Source of the DNA: Chloroflexota bacterium
GTDB lineage: Bacteria > Chloroflexota > Anaerolineae > UBA2200
Assembly (NCBI GenBank): GCA_014360755.1
Contig: JACIWX010000003.1
Location: 27,678 to 91,677, forward strand
Length of the DNA stretch: 64,000 bases
Direction: 5' to 3'
Each line of letters opens with the position of its first letter. Positions within the stretch are counted from its first letter, which is position 1. Below, one piece after another: positions 30,048 to 39,556 of the stretch. Below the pieces are notes generated by a model that was not told the origin of the DNA, made no database searches, and worked only from the letters and a program-made list of their open reading frames with translations. A program made the translations under genes and the position numbers.

Positions 30048-30917
30048 ATGCCAAAATCCTATCGAGAACCCAAGAGAATATACCGCTTTATCGTCTGTGA
30101 CCTAGATGGAACCGTGCTGACTCATGACTATAAGCTGAGCCCGAGGGTGCGCGAGGCTATGCAAGCAGTGGTAGACGCAGGGGGTTGGATCACCATTTCC
30201 AGCGGCCGGGGATATCAGATGCTCAAACCAGTTCTCCGCTCTTTGCCACTGAATGCTCCCGTTATCGGCTGTAACGGCGGCTTGATTTTCGACCCAGCAA
30301 CTCGGCAAATCCTCTACCTCCAGCCAATGCCGCTTCCATTAGCACAATACATCGTGCGTTTAGCCTTACAAGAGCAGTGGGGAATGCGCATCTACCTGGA
30401 TGATATGGAGACCATGCTCGAATTTCACCCCGAGCAACAACCCGCTTTGGTTCTCGTGCGCGATGGGATCGTAGTGGGCGAAATCACTGACGCGGTGGCA
30501 GCACTGCAACGTCCCCCCCATAAATTGGTCGTTTATTCCCAATCTCCTGATGCAACTCCCGCGCTTGTAGCGCGTTTACAAGAATACGTGGGGGACCGGG
30601 CACACGTAGTGGCTTCGAACACGCAGATTGTAGAAATCATCACGCCGGGCATCTCCAAAGCCACAGGGATGTCATGGGTCGCATCTTATCTGGGGGTGAA
30701 ACGTGAGGAAACCATAGCCATCGGCGATGGGGATAACGACGTCGAGATGCTGGAATGGGCAGGATTGGGGATCGCTATGGGCAATGCCACCCCGGCGGCA
30801 AAAGCCGCTGCGGATTGGATTGCCCCTCCGGTGGAAGAGGATGGCGTAGCAGTCGCGTTGCAGCAGTTCGTATTGCGCCCCGCGCCCGCTAGAGTAACTG
30901 ATTCAGAAAGGATATAA
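30048..30917 (+). CDS. Cof-type HAD-IIB family hydrolase
   Basis: DLDGT motif I, SGRG motif II and the GDGDND motif III/IV. Confidence 0.8.
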   Translation: MPKSYREPKRIYRFIVCDLDGTVLTHDYKLSPRVREAMQAVVDAGGWITISSGRGYQMLKPVLRSLPLNAPVIGCNGGLIFDPATRQILYLQPMPLPLAQYIVRLALQEQWGMRIYLDDMETMLEFHPEQQPALVLVRDGIVVGEITDAVAALQRPPHKLVVYSQSPDATPALVARLQEYVGDRAHVVASNTQIVEIITPGISKATGMSWVASYLGVKREETIAIGDGDNDVEMLEWAGLGIAMGNATPAAKAAADWIAPPVEEDGVAVALQQFVLRPAPARVTDSERI

Positions 30918-30922
30918 GGACA

Positions 30923-31147
30923 ATGAGGCGACGTCAAGGATGTTTGGAAGGGCTGTTCGAACTGTTTATGCTTAACGTGATTTTCGATTGGTTGCAGGAT
31001 CACTTCGGTTTTGGACGCGGTGTTTCCTGCTTTGGTTGTGGTTGTGGCTTTCTGCTGCTCATCCTCTTTATTCTGCTAGCATGTAATATCATCTTTTCAA
31101 CGGATTGGTTCCGTGCGTCGTGGGCCATTCTGCGGGGTTTTATCTAA
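30923..31147 (+). CDS. Small hypothetical membrane protein with a Cys/Gly cluster (CFGCGCGF)
   Basis: The ORF is tightly packed between the Cof hydrolase and murE and has a hydrophobic core. There is no family call. Confidence 0.3.
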   Translation: MRRRQGCLEGLFELFMLNVIFDWLQDHFGFGRGVSCFGCGCGFLLLILFILLACNIIFSTDWFRASWAILRGFI

Positions 31148-31207
31148 GCCTAGCACTGTTCCAGGGGATTTCCCTGCCCCCAGGCGTTCACGGACGGGAT
31201 AAACAGA

Positions 31208-32743
31208 ATGGAACTAGCGAAATTATTGGCTGGTTTGCCTCCAAGGCTCATGCTCTCTGCACAAGCGACCAAGTTCCAAGTGGAAATCACCGGCATTACC
31301 TGTGATTCCCGGCGGGTACAGCCGGGCAATTTGTTTGTTGCCATTCATGGGGTAGAAGCGGACGGCCATGCATTCATCCCTGCTGCTTTGCAGAGGGGAG
31401 CGGCAGCGATTGTAGGGCAGATGCCCGCATCCAGCCTCTTTCCCCGTGGTTCCCCCGTACCCTACCTCGCAGTGACCGACTCTAGAGAAGCACTGGCTTG
31501 GCTTGCAGCAGCCTGGTATGGGTACCCAGCGCGTGAGCTTTGCGTCATTGGCGTTACCGGCACGGATGGCAAGACAACCACCGTGCGCCTGATCGGCGCT
31601 ATCCTGCAAGCAGCCAGGTATCCTGTTGGGTGGATCAGCACGGTGAATGCCCTCATCGGCGATAAAGAAATAGACACAGGCTTGCATACCACTACGCCTG
31701 ACGCACCGGATATACAGAACTACCTGGCGCAGATGGTTGCTCATGGGGCTCGATACGCAGTGATTGAAGCAACCTCACACGGCCTTGCCCAACACCGAGT
31801 TACGGCTTGCGAATTCGACGTGGCAGTAGTAACCAATATTACCCATGAACACCTGGATTACCATGGCACGTTCGAAGAGTATCGGGCAGCCAAGGCTCGC
31901 CTATTCGAGGGCCTGGCAACCTCTTACCAAAAACCAGGCATACCTAAATTCGCGATTCTCAACGCAGATGACCCCTCCTACGATTTTCTCAAAGCCATCT
32001 GCGCGGTGCGCTGTTATTCGTACGGGATAGAAAAGCCCTGCGACATACGGGCACAGCGTATCCACTCTTCACCTTCTGGGCTCGCATTCGAGGTCCTTAC
32101 GCCTGAAGGGGAATTCCCTGTTACGTCGCCGCTCGTTGGTCTTTTCAATGTCTATAACATCCTGGCGGCTATTGCCGTGGGCATGTCACAGGGCCTCTCG
32201 TATGAGGCGATGCAGCGCGGTATCCTTGCCGTGAGCGGAGTACCGGGGCGCATGGAACGCATCGAACTAGGGCAAGATTTCACCGTGCTGATTGATTTTG
32301 CCCATACGCCCAATGCCTTGGAAAAGGCACTGAAAACAGTGCGTAGCATGACGCAAGGCAAAGTGATCGTTGTCTTTGGTTGTGCTGGCTTGCGCGACCG
32401 TGCCAAACGCCCCATTATGGGAGCAATTGCTGGCCGGTTTGCTGACTATATTTTCCTCACTGCCGAAGACCCGCGTACCGAGGATGTCCACGACATCATC
32501 CATCAGATAGCCGTTGGTTGTGAAAGCGCGGGGCGCCGCGAAGGGGTGGATTTCTGGAAGATACCTGATCGGGGTGAAGCCATTTCTGCTGCTATTGCCA
32601 TGGCCCAATCGGGCGATCTGGTCATCGTTACGGGCAAGGGTCACGAGTGCTCGATGTGTTTTGGAACTATAGAGTATCCCTGGAGCGAACACGAAGCAGT
32701 GAAAAAGGCGCTGCGTAGGCGACTTGGCAGCAGCACGGAGTAG
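31208..32743 (+). CDS. murE: UDP-N-acetylmuramoyl-L-alanyl-D-glutamate--2,6-diaminopimelate ligase
   Basis: Mur ligase P-loop GVTGTDGKTTT, central and C-terminal Mur domains, and a DNPR-like region. Confidence 0.9.
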   Translation: MELAKLLAGLPPRLMLSAQATKFQVEITGITCDSRRVQPGNLFVAIHGVEADGHAFIPAALQRGAAAIVGQMPASSLFPRGSPVPYLAVTDSREALAWLAAAWYGYPARELCVIGVTGTDGKTTTVRLIGAILQAARYPVGWISTVNALIGDKEIDTGLHTTTPDAPDIQNYLAQMVAHGARYAVIEATSHGLAQHRVTACEFDVAVVTNITHEHLDYHGTFEEYRAAKARLFEGLATSYQKPGIPKFAILNADDPSYDFLKAICAVRCYSYGIEKPCDIRAQRIHSSPSGLAFEVLTPEGEFPVTSPLVGLFNVYNILAAIAVGMSQGLSYEAMQRGILAVSGVPGRMERIELGQDFTVLIDFAHTPNALEKALKTVRSMTQGKVIVVFGCAGLRDRAKRPIMGAIAGRFADYIFLTAEDPRTEDVHDIIHQIAVGCESAGRREGVDFWKIPDRGEAISAAIAMAQSGDLVIVTGKGHECSMCFGTIEYPWSEHEAVKKALRRRLGSSTE

Positions 32744-32898
32744 TTTCTACCTGCCGCTTAGCCTCTGAAAATCATCTAGCGTCCTGTAGAACTCAGGAGA
32801 TACCTTCGCACCAATCACTCCCGGCCTTGTGAAAATCTCCCCGCGTAGCCCGTCAGGGTATTTGCCAGCATACCAGCAAATATCAAAAGCCAGTTCGC

Positions 32899-33171
32899 CT
32901 AGCTTAACTCCCATAACACAGTTGCAGTATTCTTCCAGGTTTTCTTTGTAGGTGTTGCAGTGGGAGTAAGGGTAAAGGTTGCTGTCGGTGTTGGAGTGGC
33001 TGAGTGCGTGGGAGAAAGGGTCGCAGTAGGAGTTACGGTTGGGAAGGGAGTCGCTGTGTCAGTTGGAGTTGGTACCGGTGTTGCAGTCGGCGTTGGTGCT
33101 GCGCACGCTGTCATCAAGGCTATTACGAGGAGCGCTACTACGCCCGCCCCGCATCGTGCTTGGTGATTCAT
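32899..33171 (-). CDS. Small Pro/Thr-rich secreted or lipoprotein-like protein
   Basis: A signal peptide ([11 protein letters not shown]) mirrors the N-terminal linker of the family-5 SBPs. It overlaps the 3' end of ftcD in another frame, so either it or the ftcD tail may be an artefact. Confidence 0.3.
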   Translation of the reverse strand: MNHQARCGAGVVALLVIALMTACAAPTPTATPVPTPTDTATPFPTVTPTATLSPTHSATPTPTATFTLTPTATPTKKTWKNTATVLWELS

Positions 33172-34063
33172 CTAATCCTCCCCATAATCTAGTTTCTAGT
33201 ACTTGATCGTCGCGAAAGTTCTCCAATTGTAGGTAGTAGCGCGCTGCTTCGAGGATAACTGTGAGCGGCACCAATCCCACAATTTCACTGCCAACTACCG
33301 GCACTCCATAGCGTGCTGCTTCTATGCGCACCATTTCCAGCACACGGTAAAGGGGTGTCTGGAAAGGATCAACGATGTTCATCGTTACCTGCGCCAGATT
33401 GCGCTCTTGGAGCATCACCCCCAGTGCTTTGACATTTTTCAGCCCGCCAGTCTTGGCACGTAGCGCATGAGCAATGGCTTTGGCGAAGCGGACATCAGAT
33501 GTCCCCAGGTTGACATTGTAGGCTACCAGATAGATGCGGGCTCCGACCGCTGTGGCTCCTGCGGTTGGGTGTGGATGGTCTGGGCCAAAGTCAGGCTTCC
33601 ACTCGGGCTTGGCCATCTTTAAGGCCAACCCTTCGTATTCCCCTTGCCGCACATCGGCCAGATTGCGCCTTTCGGGACGTGTGGCTGCTTCTTCGTACAG
33701 ATAGACCGGTATGCCCAATTCTTCGCCAAGCCGCTGCCCCACCTGGCGAGCCACGGCTATCGCTTCTTCCATGCTGGCCTGACCAAGGGGCACAAAGGGA
33801 ATGACATCCACTGCACCCATACGGGGGTGCGCGCCGCGGTGCTGATTCATGTCAATCAGTTCCACCGCCTTGGCGCTGACGCGCAAAGCGGCTTCAGCGG
33901 CTGCTTCTGGTGATCCTACAAAGGTAAGTACTGTGCGGTTATGATCCTTATCTGAAGATACATCGAGCACACGCACTCCCTCTGCTGCAGCCACAATAGC
34001 GCGGATAACGTCCTCTCTCCTTCCTTCGCTAAAGTTCAGCGCACACTCCAGAAGTTTAGCCAT
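33059..34063 (-). CDS. ftcD: Glutamate formimidoyltransferase (FtcD N-terminal-type domain); the last ~30 aa are low-complexity read-through
   Basis: [16 protein letters not shown]...[16 protein letters not shown] matches the formiminotransferase N/C subdomains. Confidence 0.8.
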   Translation of the reverse strand: MAKLLECALNFSEGRREDVIRAIVAAAEGVRVLDVSSDKDHNRTVLTFVGSPEAAAEAALRVSAKAVELIDMNQHRGAHPRMGAVDVIPFVPLGQASMEEAIAVARQVGQRLGEELGIPVYLYEEAATRPERRNLADVRQGEYEGLALKMAKPEWKPDFGPDHPHPTAGATAVGARIYLVAYNVNLGTSDVRFAKAIAHALRAKTGGLKNVKALGVMLQERNLAQVTMNIVDPFQTPLYRVLEMVRIEAARYGVPVVGSEIVGLVPLTVILEAARYYLQLENFRDDQVLETRLWGGLDESPSTMRGGRSSAPRNSLDDSVRSTNADCNTGTNSN

Positions 34064-34066
34064 GTG

Positions 34067-34429
34067 TTATGGCTCCTTTTCCCTAGCCGATAACAATGCC
34101 TCAACCAGGACGGAAAGCAGCAAAAGCAGGCTTGCCTTAGCCCAGTTGAAAGCCTGCATCAGGCGCAAAGCGACGCACATGGTCACAAACAGCGCTGCTA
34201 GCGCGCTTTGGCGAGCGATAAGGGACATATTGCCCTCCTGCTGCCCTAATCGCCAATAGATCATATATACCATGGGCAGAAAGGTGGTCAGGAGCGTTGG
34301 CCACAGCGCAACTACAACGATCCAGCGGTTCCAGATGTCAGGAGGATTGTAATAAGTGAAAGAGGCTAGCCCAATCCAGCCAAGCAAAGCCAAAATAATG
34401 CAAAGGGCTAGCGTGCCCCTTGTGCTCAT
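34067..34429 (-). CDS. Small hypothetical membrane protein (three to four transmembrane segments)
   Basis: Hydrophobic ORF starting MSTRGTLALCIIL. The longer alternative start would overlap the upstream gene. Confidence 0.4.
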   Translation of the reverse strand: MSTRGTLALCIILALLGWIGLASFTYYNPPDIWNRWIVVVALWPTLLTTFLPMVYMIYWRLGQQEGNMSLIARQSALAALFVTMCVALRLMQAFNWAKASLLLLLSVLVEALLSAREKEP

Positions 34430-34439
34430 GCACGGCTCC

Positions 34440-35054
34440 TCATCTTGTCTCTCTGCTGCGCAAAGCCTGCAATAGATAGGCAAGAGCCCGCTCATAGAGA
34501 GCCTGGTTTTCAGAACGTAGACGTCCAAAGCGCCGGTCGAATTTCTCTCCAGAAACCAGATAGGCGAGCGCGCCAAGGTAAGTGTGCCAACGCGTGTAGG
34601 AACCCTTGAGAGTTCCCTGAGGATCGAAGAGCAACAGCGGGTGCTGTTCACTAGCGATAATGAAATGCGATGGTAGGTCAAAATGGGTTGCCTGAAGCAG
34701 GATGGCAACGAGCTCTTCGTCCTCGCCTCCGGGAAAGCGTTCTGCATCATGGCTTAAGTATAGAAGAGGATCAAAGCCAATGTCCTGCAGAATGCGGGTA
34801 TAGCATTGTACGCCCCAGCGGCGAACGCTATGCACACAGCCGCTCTCCCCAATCCATACTTCTGGACAGGCATCAGCATACCCCAGGGGTAATTGGATCA
34901 CTGCCCGGCGGCTGTGCAATTGTCCCTGTGGATCAACATCCCAGTAATAGACGGTCCAATCCTCGGTTGGGTAGAGACCAGGCAAGTTATTGATGGGCTT
35001 GCCATCGTCTTTGGCTGTGCTGGGGCGCATCGTATTTCCGGAAGTTTTGGGCAT
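34440..35054 (-). CDS. Hypothetical protein
   Basis: ORF of about 204 aa with protein-like composition and no motif I can name. The longer start would overlap the divergent ABC-F gene. Confidence 0.4.
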   Translation of the reverse strand: MPKTSGNTMRPSTAKDDGKPINNLPGLYPTEDWTVYYWDVDPQGQLHSRRAVIQLPLGYADACPEVWIGESGCVHSVRRWGVQCYTRILQDIGFDPLLYLSHDAERFPGGEDEELVAILLQATHFDLPSHFIIASEQHPLLLFDPQGTLKGSYTRWHTYLGALAYLVSGEKFDRRFGRLRSENQALYERALAYLLQALRSRETR

Positions 35055-35207
35055 ACCAATCCTCTTTACCAAGATGCATGAGGAAAGCCTAACGGCCCTA
35101 GCCTGCGCTTGTTCGATTTGAAGTATAAATCGCAACGGCAGTCCTGTCAATTCCGCTTTCCTCTTGGTTGCATCGTCTATCCTATGGTATAATCCAAACC
35201 AGGAACC

Positions 35208-37085
35208 ATGTCCATCGTGATCGCAGAGCATCTAAGTAAATATTATGGGGCACAGGATATCTTTTCTGCTCTCGCGTTCCAAGTTGCCCATGGTGACAAA
35301 ATCGCCCTAGTTGGAGCCAATGGAGTGGGCAAGACAACCCTGCTGCGCATTATTGCAGGCCTGGAGACGCCTTCTTCTGGGCGCTTGCAGGTAGCTAGGG
35401 GTATACGCATTGGCTACCTAAGCCAAAAAGCGGACATACAGAGTGAGCGCACTTTGTACCAGGAAATGCTCGAAGCGTTTGCCCATCTCCGTGCTCAGCA
35501 AGAGCGGCTGCGCAGGCTGGAAGAGGAAATGGCCGATCCTGACCGCCGAGCCAAAGCGATGGAACGTTATGGCGAATTGTTGCACCTTTTCGAATTGGCG
35601 GGTGGATATACGTTTGAGCAGGAGATTCGGCGGGTGCTGATGGGGCTTGGTTTTGAGGAAGCGGATTTTGAACAACCCATCGCCCTGCTAAGCGGTGGGC
35701 AAAGGACGCGGGCACAACTCGCCAAGCTGCTATTGTCCAACTACAACCTTCTGCTTCTAGATGAGCCAACCAATCACTTGGATCTGGAAGCAACACAGTG
35801 GCTGGAGGAGTACCTATCTCAGTGGAAAGGCAGTCTGATTGTTGTTGCCCATGACCGTTACTTTTTGGACAAGGTCGTCAATCGCGTGTGGGAAATGAGC
35901 TTTGGCGCTTTGGAACAATATCCTGGCAATTACAGCCATTATATGACATTGCGCAATGAACGCTATCGCCAACGCCAAGCGGAATACGAGGCACAAAGGG
36001 AGTACATCGCGCGGGCAGAAGAATTCATCCGTCGCTACAAGGCGGGGCAACGCTCGCGCGAAGCCAGAAGCCGCGAAAAGCGCCTGCAACACCTGGAGCG
36101 CGTGGAGCAACCCAGGCAGCACAAAATGATGAAATTGGAGTTGACCAGCACGGTGCGTGGTGGAAACAACGTGCTGACTCTCCGCGGATTAGAAGTGGGT
36201 TATGACCGTCCTCTTATCCGTTGTCCTGATTTGCTCTTGCTCCGGCGTCAACGAGTGGCTCTATTGGGTCCCAATGGTTGTGGCAAGACTACCTTGCTCA
36301 AGACCATTTTGGGTGAGGTGCCTCCGCTGGCTGGCGAGGTGAAAATAGGCGTCAACGTCCAAGTGGCTTACCTCGCTCAAGGCCATGAAAACCTATGCGA
36401 GGAAAACACCGTGCTCGAAGAGATACTGCGGGCGAAAGACCTGCCTGTAGAAATGGCACGTGGCTATCTAGGACGCTTTCTCTTTTCGGGCGATGACGTG
36501 TTCAAGCGCGTTGCTCATTTGAGCGGGGGAGAACGGAGCAGGGTAGCCTTAGCCATGCTGGCTTTACAAGGAGCGAATTTTTTGCTGCTGGATGAGCCAA
36601 CGAACCAATTAGATATACCATCGCAAGAACTTCTCGAACAGGTGCTGCAGAACTTTGAGGGCACGATCCTGTTTGTCTCACACGACCGCTATTTCATTGA
36701 CGCTGTGGCCACTCAGCTCTGGATAGTGGAAAATGGCGTGTTGCGCGTGTATACTGGAAACTATACTGCATGCCTCGAGCAGTTGGAAAAAGAAAAAGCC
36801 AAAATGGAAGCAACGGTAGCCGCGGGCGAGCGCAAGTCACGCTCTCGGCAAGTGGATCACGAACTCCAACGAGCGCAGACACTCGCTCGGCAACGCGAAG
36901 AGAAGCGCGCCGAATTGGAAGAACAAATCCAGCAACTGGAACTGCGCCTTTCCCTGCTCACCCACGAATTGGAACTGGCTAGCCGAGCGCAACGAGTGGA
37001 CCGCGTGTATGACCTGGGTCGCGAATATGCTGAACTGCAGGAAGAATTGCAAAGGCGGCTGGAAGAGTGGACGAAGTGGGCTTGA
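35208..37085 (+). CDS. ABC-F family ATPase (Uup/EttA-like translation factor) with a C-terminal coiled coil
   Basis: Two ABC cassettes (GANGVGKTT and GPNGCGKTT, with LSGGQRTR and LSGGERSR signatures), an inter-domain linker and a charged C-terminal coiled coil. Confidence 0.9.
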   Translation: MSIVIAEHLSKYYGAQDIFSALAFQVAHGDKIALVGANGVGKTTLLRIIAGLETPSSGRLQVARGIRIGYLSQKADIQSERTLYQEMLEAFAHLRAQQERLRRLEEEMADPDRRAKAMERYGELLHLFELAGGYTFEQEIRRVLMGLGFEEADFEQPIALLSGGQRTRAQLAKLLLSNYNLLLLDEPTNHLDLEATQWLEEYLSQWKGSLIVVAHDRYFLDKVVNRVWEMSFGALEQYPGNYSHYMTLRNERYRQRQAEYEAQREYIARAEEFIRRYKAGQRSREARSREKRLQHLERVEQPRQHKMMKLELTSTVRGGNNVLTLRGLEVGYDRPLIRCPDLLLLRRQRVALLGPNGCGKTTLLKTILGEVPPLAGEVKIGVNVQVAYLAQGHENLCEENTVLEEILRAKDLPVEMARGYLGRFLFSGDDVFKRVAHLSGGERSRVALAMLALQGANFLLLDEPTNQLDIPSQELLEQVLQNFEGTILFVSHDRYFIDAVATQLWIVENGVLRVYTGNYTACLEQLEKEKAKMEATVAAGERKSRSRQVDHELQRAQTLARQREEKRAELEEQIQQLELRLSLLTHELELASRAQRVDRVYDLGREYAELQEELQRRLEEWTKWA

Positions 37086-37789
37086 GTACGTGCAAAAGGT
37101 CCAGCGTGAAAGGCAAAGGTCTATACATTATCGGACTTACTGGCAACATTGCTACAGGAAAAAGCGTGGTCGCAGCCATGCTCGCAGAGCTTGGGGCGCG
37201 GGTTATTGATGCAGATGCGCTCGCCCATGAAGTCATGAAAGCGGGCACTCCTACCTGGCAGCGCGTGGTGGATGAATTCGGAACAGACATCTTGGAACCC
37301 GATGGCCAAATCAGTCGTGCAAGGTTAGGGGCACGGGTTTTTGCTGACCCCAAGGCGCTGCAACGCTTGGAATCCATTGTGCACCCAGCCGTGATTGCCG
37401 AAAGTGAACGTTTGCTGCTCCAATGGCAAAGAGAGTCAAGCGCGCTGGCATTGGAGGAGGCAGGGAACAAGGTTGTAGTTCTGGAAGCGATAAAACTGAT
37501 TGAGTCTGGCATGCACCACCAGTGCGACGAACTCTGGGTGGTAACTTGCCCTTATGAACAGCAGGTACAACGCTTGATGGAAAATCGCGGGCTGAGTCGG
37601 ACCGAAGCAGAGTTGCGCATCCGCGCGCAGCCACCCCAGGAAGAGAAAATCGCTTTGGCAGATGTGGTCATTGATAACAGCGGAGACCTGGAGCAAACAC
37701 GGGCGCAAGTTCTGCGCGAATGGAATCGCATCTGTTGCAGCAATAGGAAACGCAAACTCGACGCTCATCACTTATCACTTAACACTTAA
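37067..37789 (+). CDS. coaE: Dephospho-CoA kinase; the 3' end reads into a heptamer repeat
   Basis: IIGLTGNIATGKS P-loop with the CoaE fold pattern (DADALAHEV, VVLEAIKLIE). Confidence 0.8.
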   Translation: MDEVGLSTCKRSSVKGKGLYIIGLTGNIATGKSVVAAMLAELGARVIDADALAHEVMKAGTPTWQRVVDEFGTDILEPDGQISRARLGARVFADPKALQRLESIVHPAVIAESERLLLQWQRESSALALEEAGNKVVVLEAIKLIESGMHHQCDELWVVTCPYEQQVQRLMENRGLSRTEAELRIRAQPPQEEKIALADVVIDNSGDLEQTRAQVLREWNRICCSNRKRKLDAHHLSLNT

Positions 37790-37805
37790 CACTCATCACT
37801 TCTCA
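37764..37805. repeat. Heptanucleotide tandem repeat (GTGATGA/GTGTTAA/GTGATAA on the minus strand), related to the repeat at 5123-5190
   Basis: The plus strand reads ctcatcacttatcacttaacacttaacactcatcacttctca. Its reverse complement shares gagaagtgatgagtg with the first locus. Confidence 0.55.
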
Positions 37806-37814
37806 GGAGGCAAT

Positions 37815-38006
37815 ATGTCTTCATGGCGAAAATTTATGGAAGAGCATCCCTTTTTGACTATGTGGGCTGTTTTGGCTGTAGGCATGGTCGTCATTTTTTT
37901 GATCACTTCGCGTGGCGTGGATCTGTTGCCCAGCCAGCGCCTGTTCATGGCTGTGGCTTGTGTCCTCCTCGCTGGCCTGTGTGCGTGGATCGTGAGTTGG
38001 GAATAA
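37815..38006 (+). CDS. Small hypothetical membrane protein (63 aa, two transmembrane segments)
   Basis: RBS ggagg 6 nt before the ATG. The hydrophobic ORF lies between coaE and glgA. Confidence 0.4.
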   Translation: MSSWRKFMEEHPFLTMWAVLAVGMVVIFLITSRGVDLLPSQRLFMAVACVLLAGLCAWIVSWE

Positions 38007-38022
38007 ACGAAGGAGGCATGCT

Positions 38023-39525
38023 ATGACAGCACAACAACCTTTGAAGATCCTCTATCTTGCGGCAGAAATGGTCCCTTTTGCCAAGACCGGGGGACTGGCA
38101 GACGTAGCAGGGTCTTTGCCCAAGGCAATCCGCGCGCTTGGACACGACATCCGTGTGTCTATGCCGCGCTATGGGCGCATTGACCCCATCAGATTTGGCC
38201 TCCAAGAAGTGCTCCCTGCTTTTCCTGTGCCTATGGACAAACAGATGGAAGAAGCAGCTGTTTTACAAGGGACCATTGCGTCCGACGTGCCCGTCTACTT
38301 CATTGAGAATGCCAAATATTACGATCGCGATGGCATCTATATGTACCCAGATGACGCGGAGCGTTTTATCTTTTTCTGCCGCAGTGCATTGGAAATGCTG
38401 AAGCGTTTGAATTGGCGTCCTGACATCATCCACTGCAACGATTGGCACACTGCGATTATCCCCAATTGGCTGAAGACGGTTTACAAAGATGATCCCTTCT
38501 TCGCCCAAACGGCCACCGTTTATACGATCCACAATTTGGCTTATCAGGGTATTTTTGGCTACCGCGTCCTTGAGATCGCGGGCATTGCCGAGTATGGCTT
38601 CATGTACCATCCAGAAATGGCTGATTTAGCAGAAGTGGTCGACTTCATGGCACGGGGTATCTTTTTTGCGGATGTGATTAACACGGTTAGTGAAAAGTAT
38701 GCTCAAGAGATCCTCACTCCCGAGTTCGGAGAAAAACTCGATCCCCTCTTACGCGACCGTCGCGATCGCTTATTTGGCATCCTGAATGGCATTGACTACG
38801 AGGTCATGAACCCTGCAACCGATAAGTACATTGTCCAGAATTACGATGTGGAACACCTTGAGAAGCGTGTACAGAACAAATTGGCTTTGCAACAGCAAGC
38901 CAATCTGAAACAGGATGCTGGTATTCCTCTCATCGGCATTATCTCACGGCTGACCGATCAAAAAGGTTTCGATATCCTGGGCGATGTATTGGACCATGTT
39001 CTCGACCTGGATTTACAGCTCATTGTGCTGGGGACCGGAGATCCGCACTACCACGAGATGTTTTCACGCATCGCCCAGGCATACCAGGGCAAGGCTGCAG
39101 TATTCCTCACCTTCAACGCCGAATTGGCGCAGAGAATCTATGCCGGTACGGATATGTTTTTGATGCCCTCGCGGTTTGAGCCTTGTGGGCTTGGCCAAAT
39201 GATCGCTATGCGCTATGGCAGTGTTCCGATTGTCCGTGCCACAGGAGGATTGGCGGATACAGTCAAAGATTTTGATCCACGTACCGGTGAGGGGAATGGT
39301 TTTTCGTTTGCCCGCTATGACCGCTGGGCATTGTTCGCCACAATCGTGCGTGCTTTGGAAAATTACAAATACAAGGATACATGGCGTCGGTTGCAAATCA
39401 AGGGCATGACCGCCGATTTTTCCTGGAATGCGTCAGCCCGGAAGTATGTGGATCTATACTACCGGGCTATCGCTGCCCGAGGCAAAGAAACCAAACTGGA
39501 AGACTATGGCGTGGTGCGAAAATAG
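38023..39525 (+). CDS. glgA: Glycogen synthase (ADP-glucose type, GT5)
   Basis: KILYLAAEMVPFAKTGGLADVAGSLP N-terminal signature with the GT-B fold pattern. Confidence 0.9.
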   Translation: MTAQQPLKILYLAAEMVPFAKTGGLADVAGSLPKAIRALGHDIRVSMPRYGRIDPIRFGLQEVLPAFPVPMDKQMEEAAVLQGTIASDVPVYFIENAKYYDRDGIYMYPDDAERFIFFCRSALEMLKRLNWRPDIIHCNDWHTAIIPNWLKTVYKDDPFFAQTATVYTIHNLAYQGIFGYRVLEIAGIAEYGFMYHPEMADLAEVVDFMARGIFFADVINTVSEKYAQEILTPEFGEKLDPLLRDRRDRLFGILNGIDYEVMNPATDKYIVQNYDVEHLEKRVQNKLALQQQANLKQDAGIPLIGIISRLTDQKGFDILGDVLDHVLDLDLQLIVLGTGDPHYHEMFSRIAQAYQGKAAVFLTFNAELAQRIYAGTDMFLMPSRFEPCGLGQMIAMRYGSVPIVRATGGLADTVKDFDPRTGEGNGFSFARYDRWALFATIVRALENYKYKDTWRRLQIKGMTADFSWNASARKYVDLYYRAIAARGKETKLEDYGVVRK

Positions 39526-39556
39526 CACTCAGCCGCGACTGTACCCCATAAGAGTG

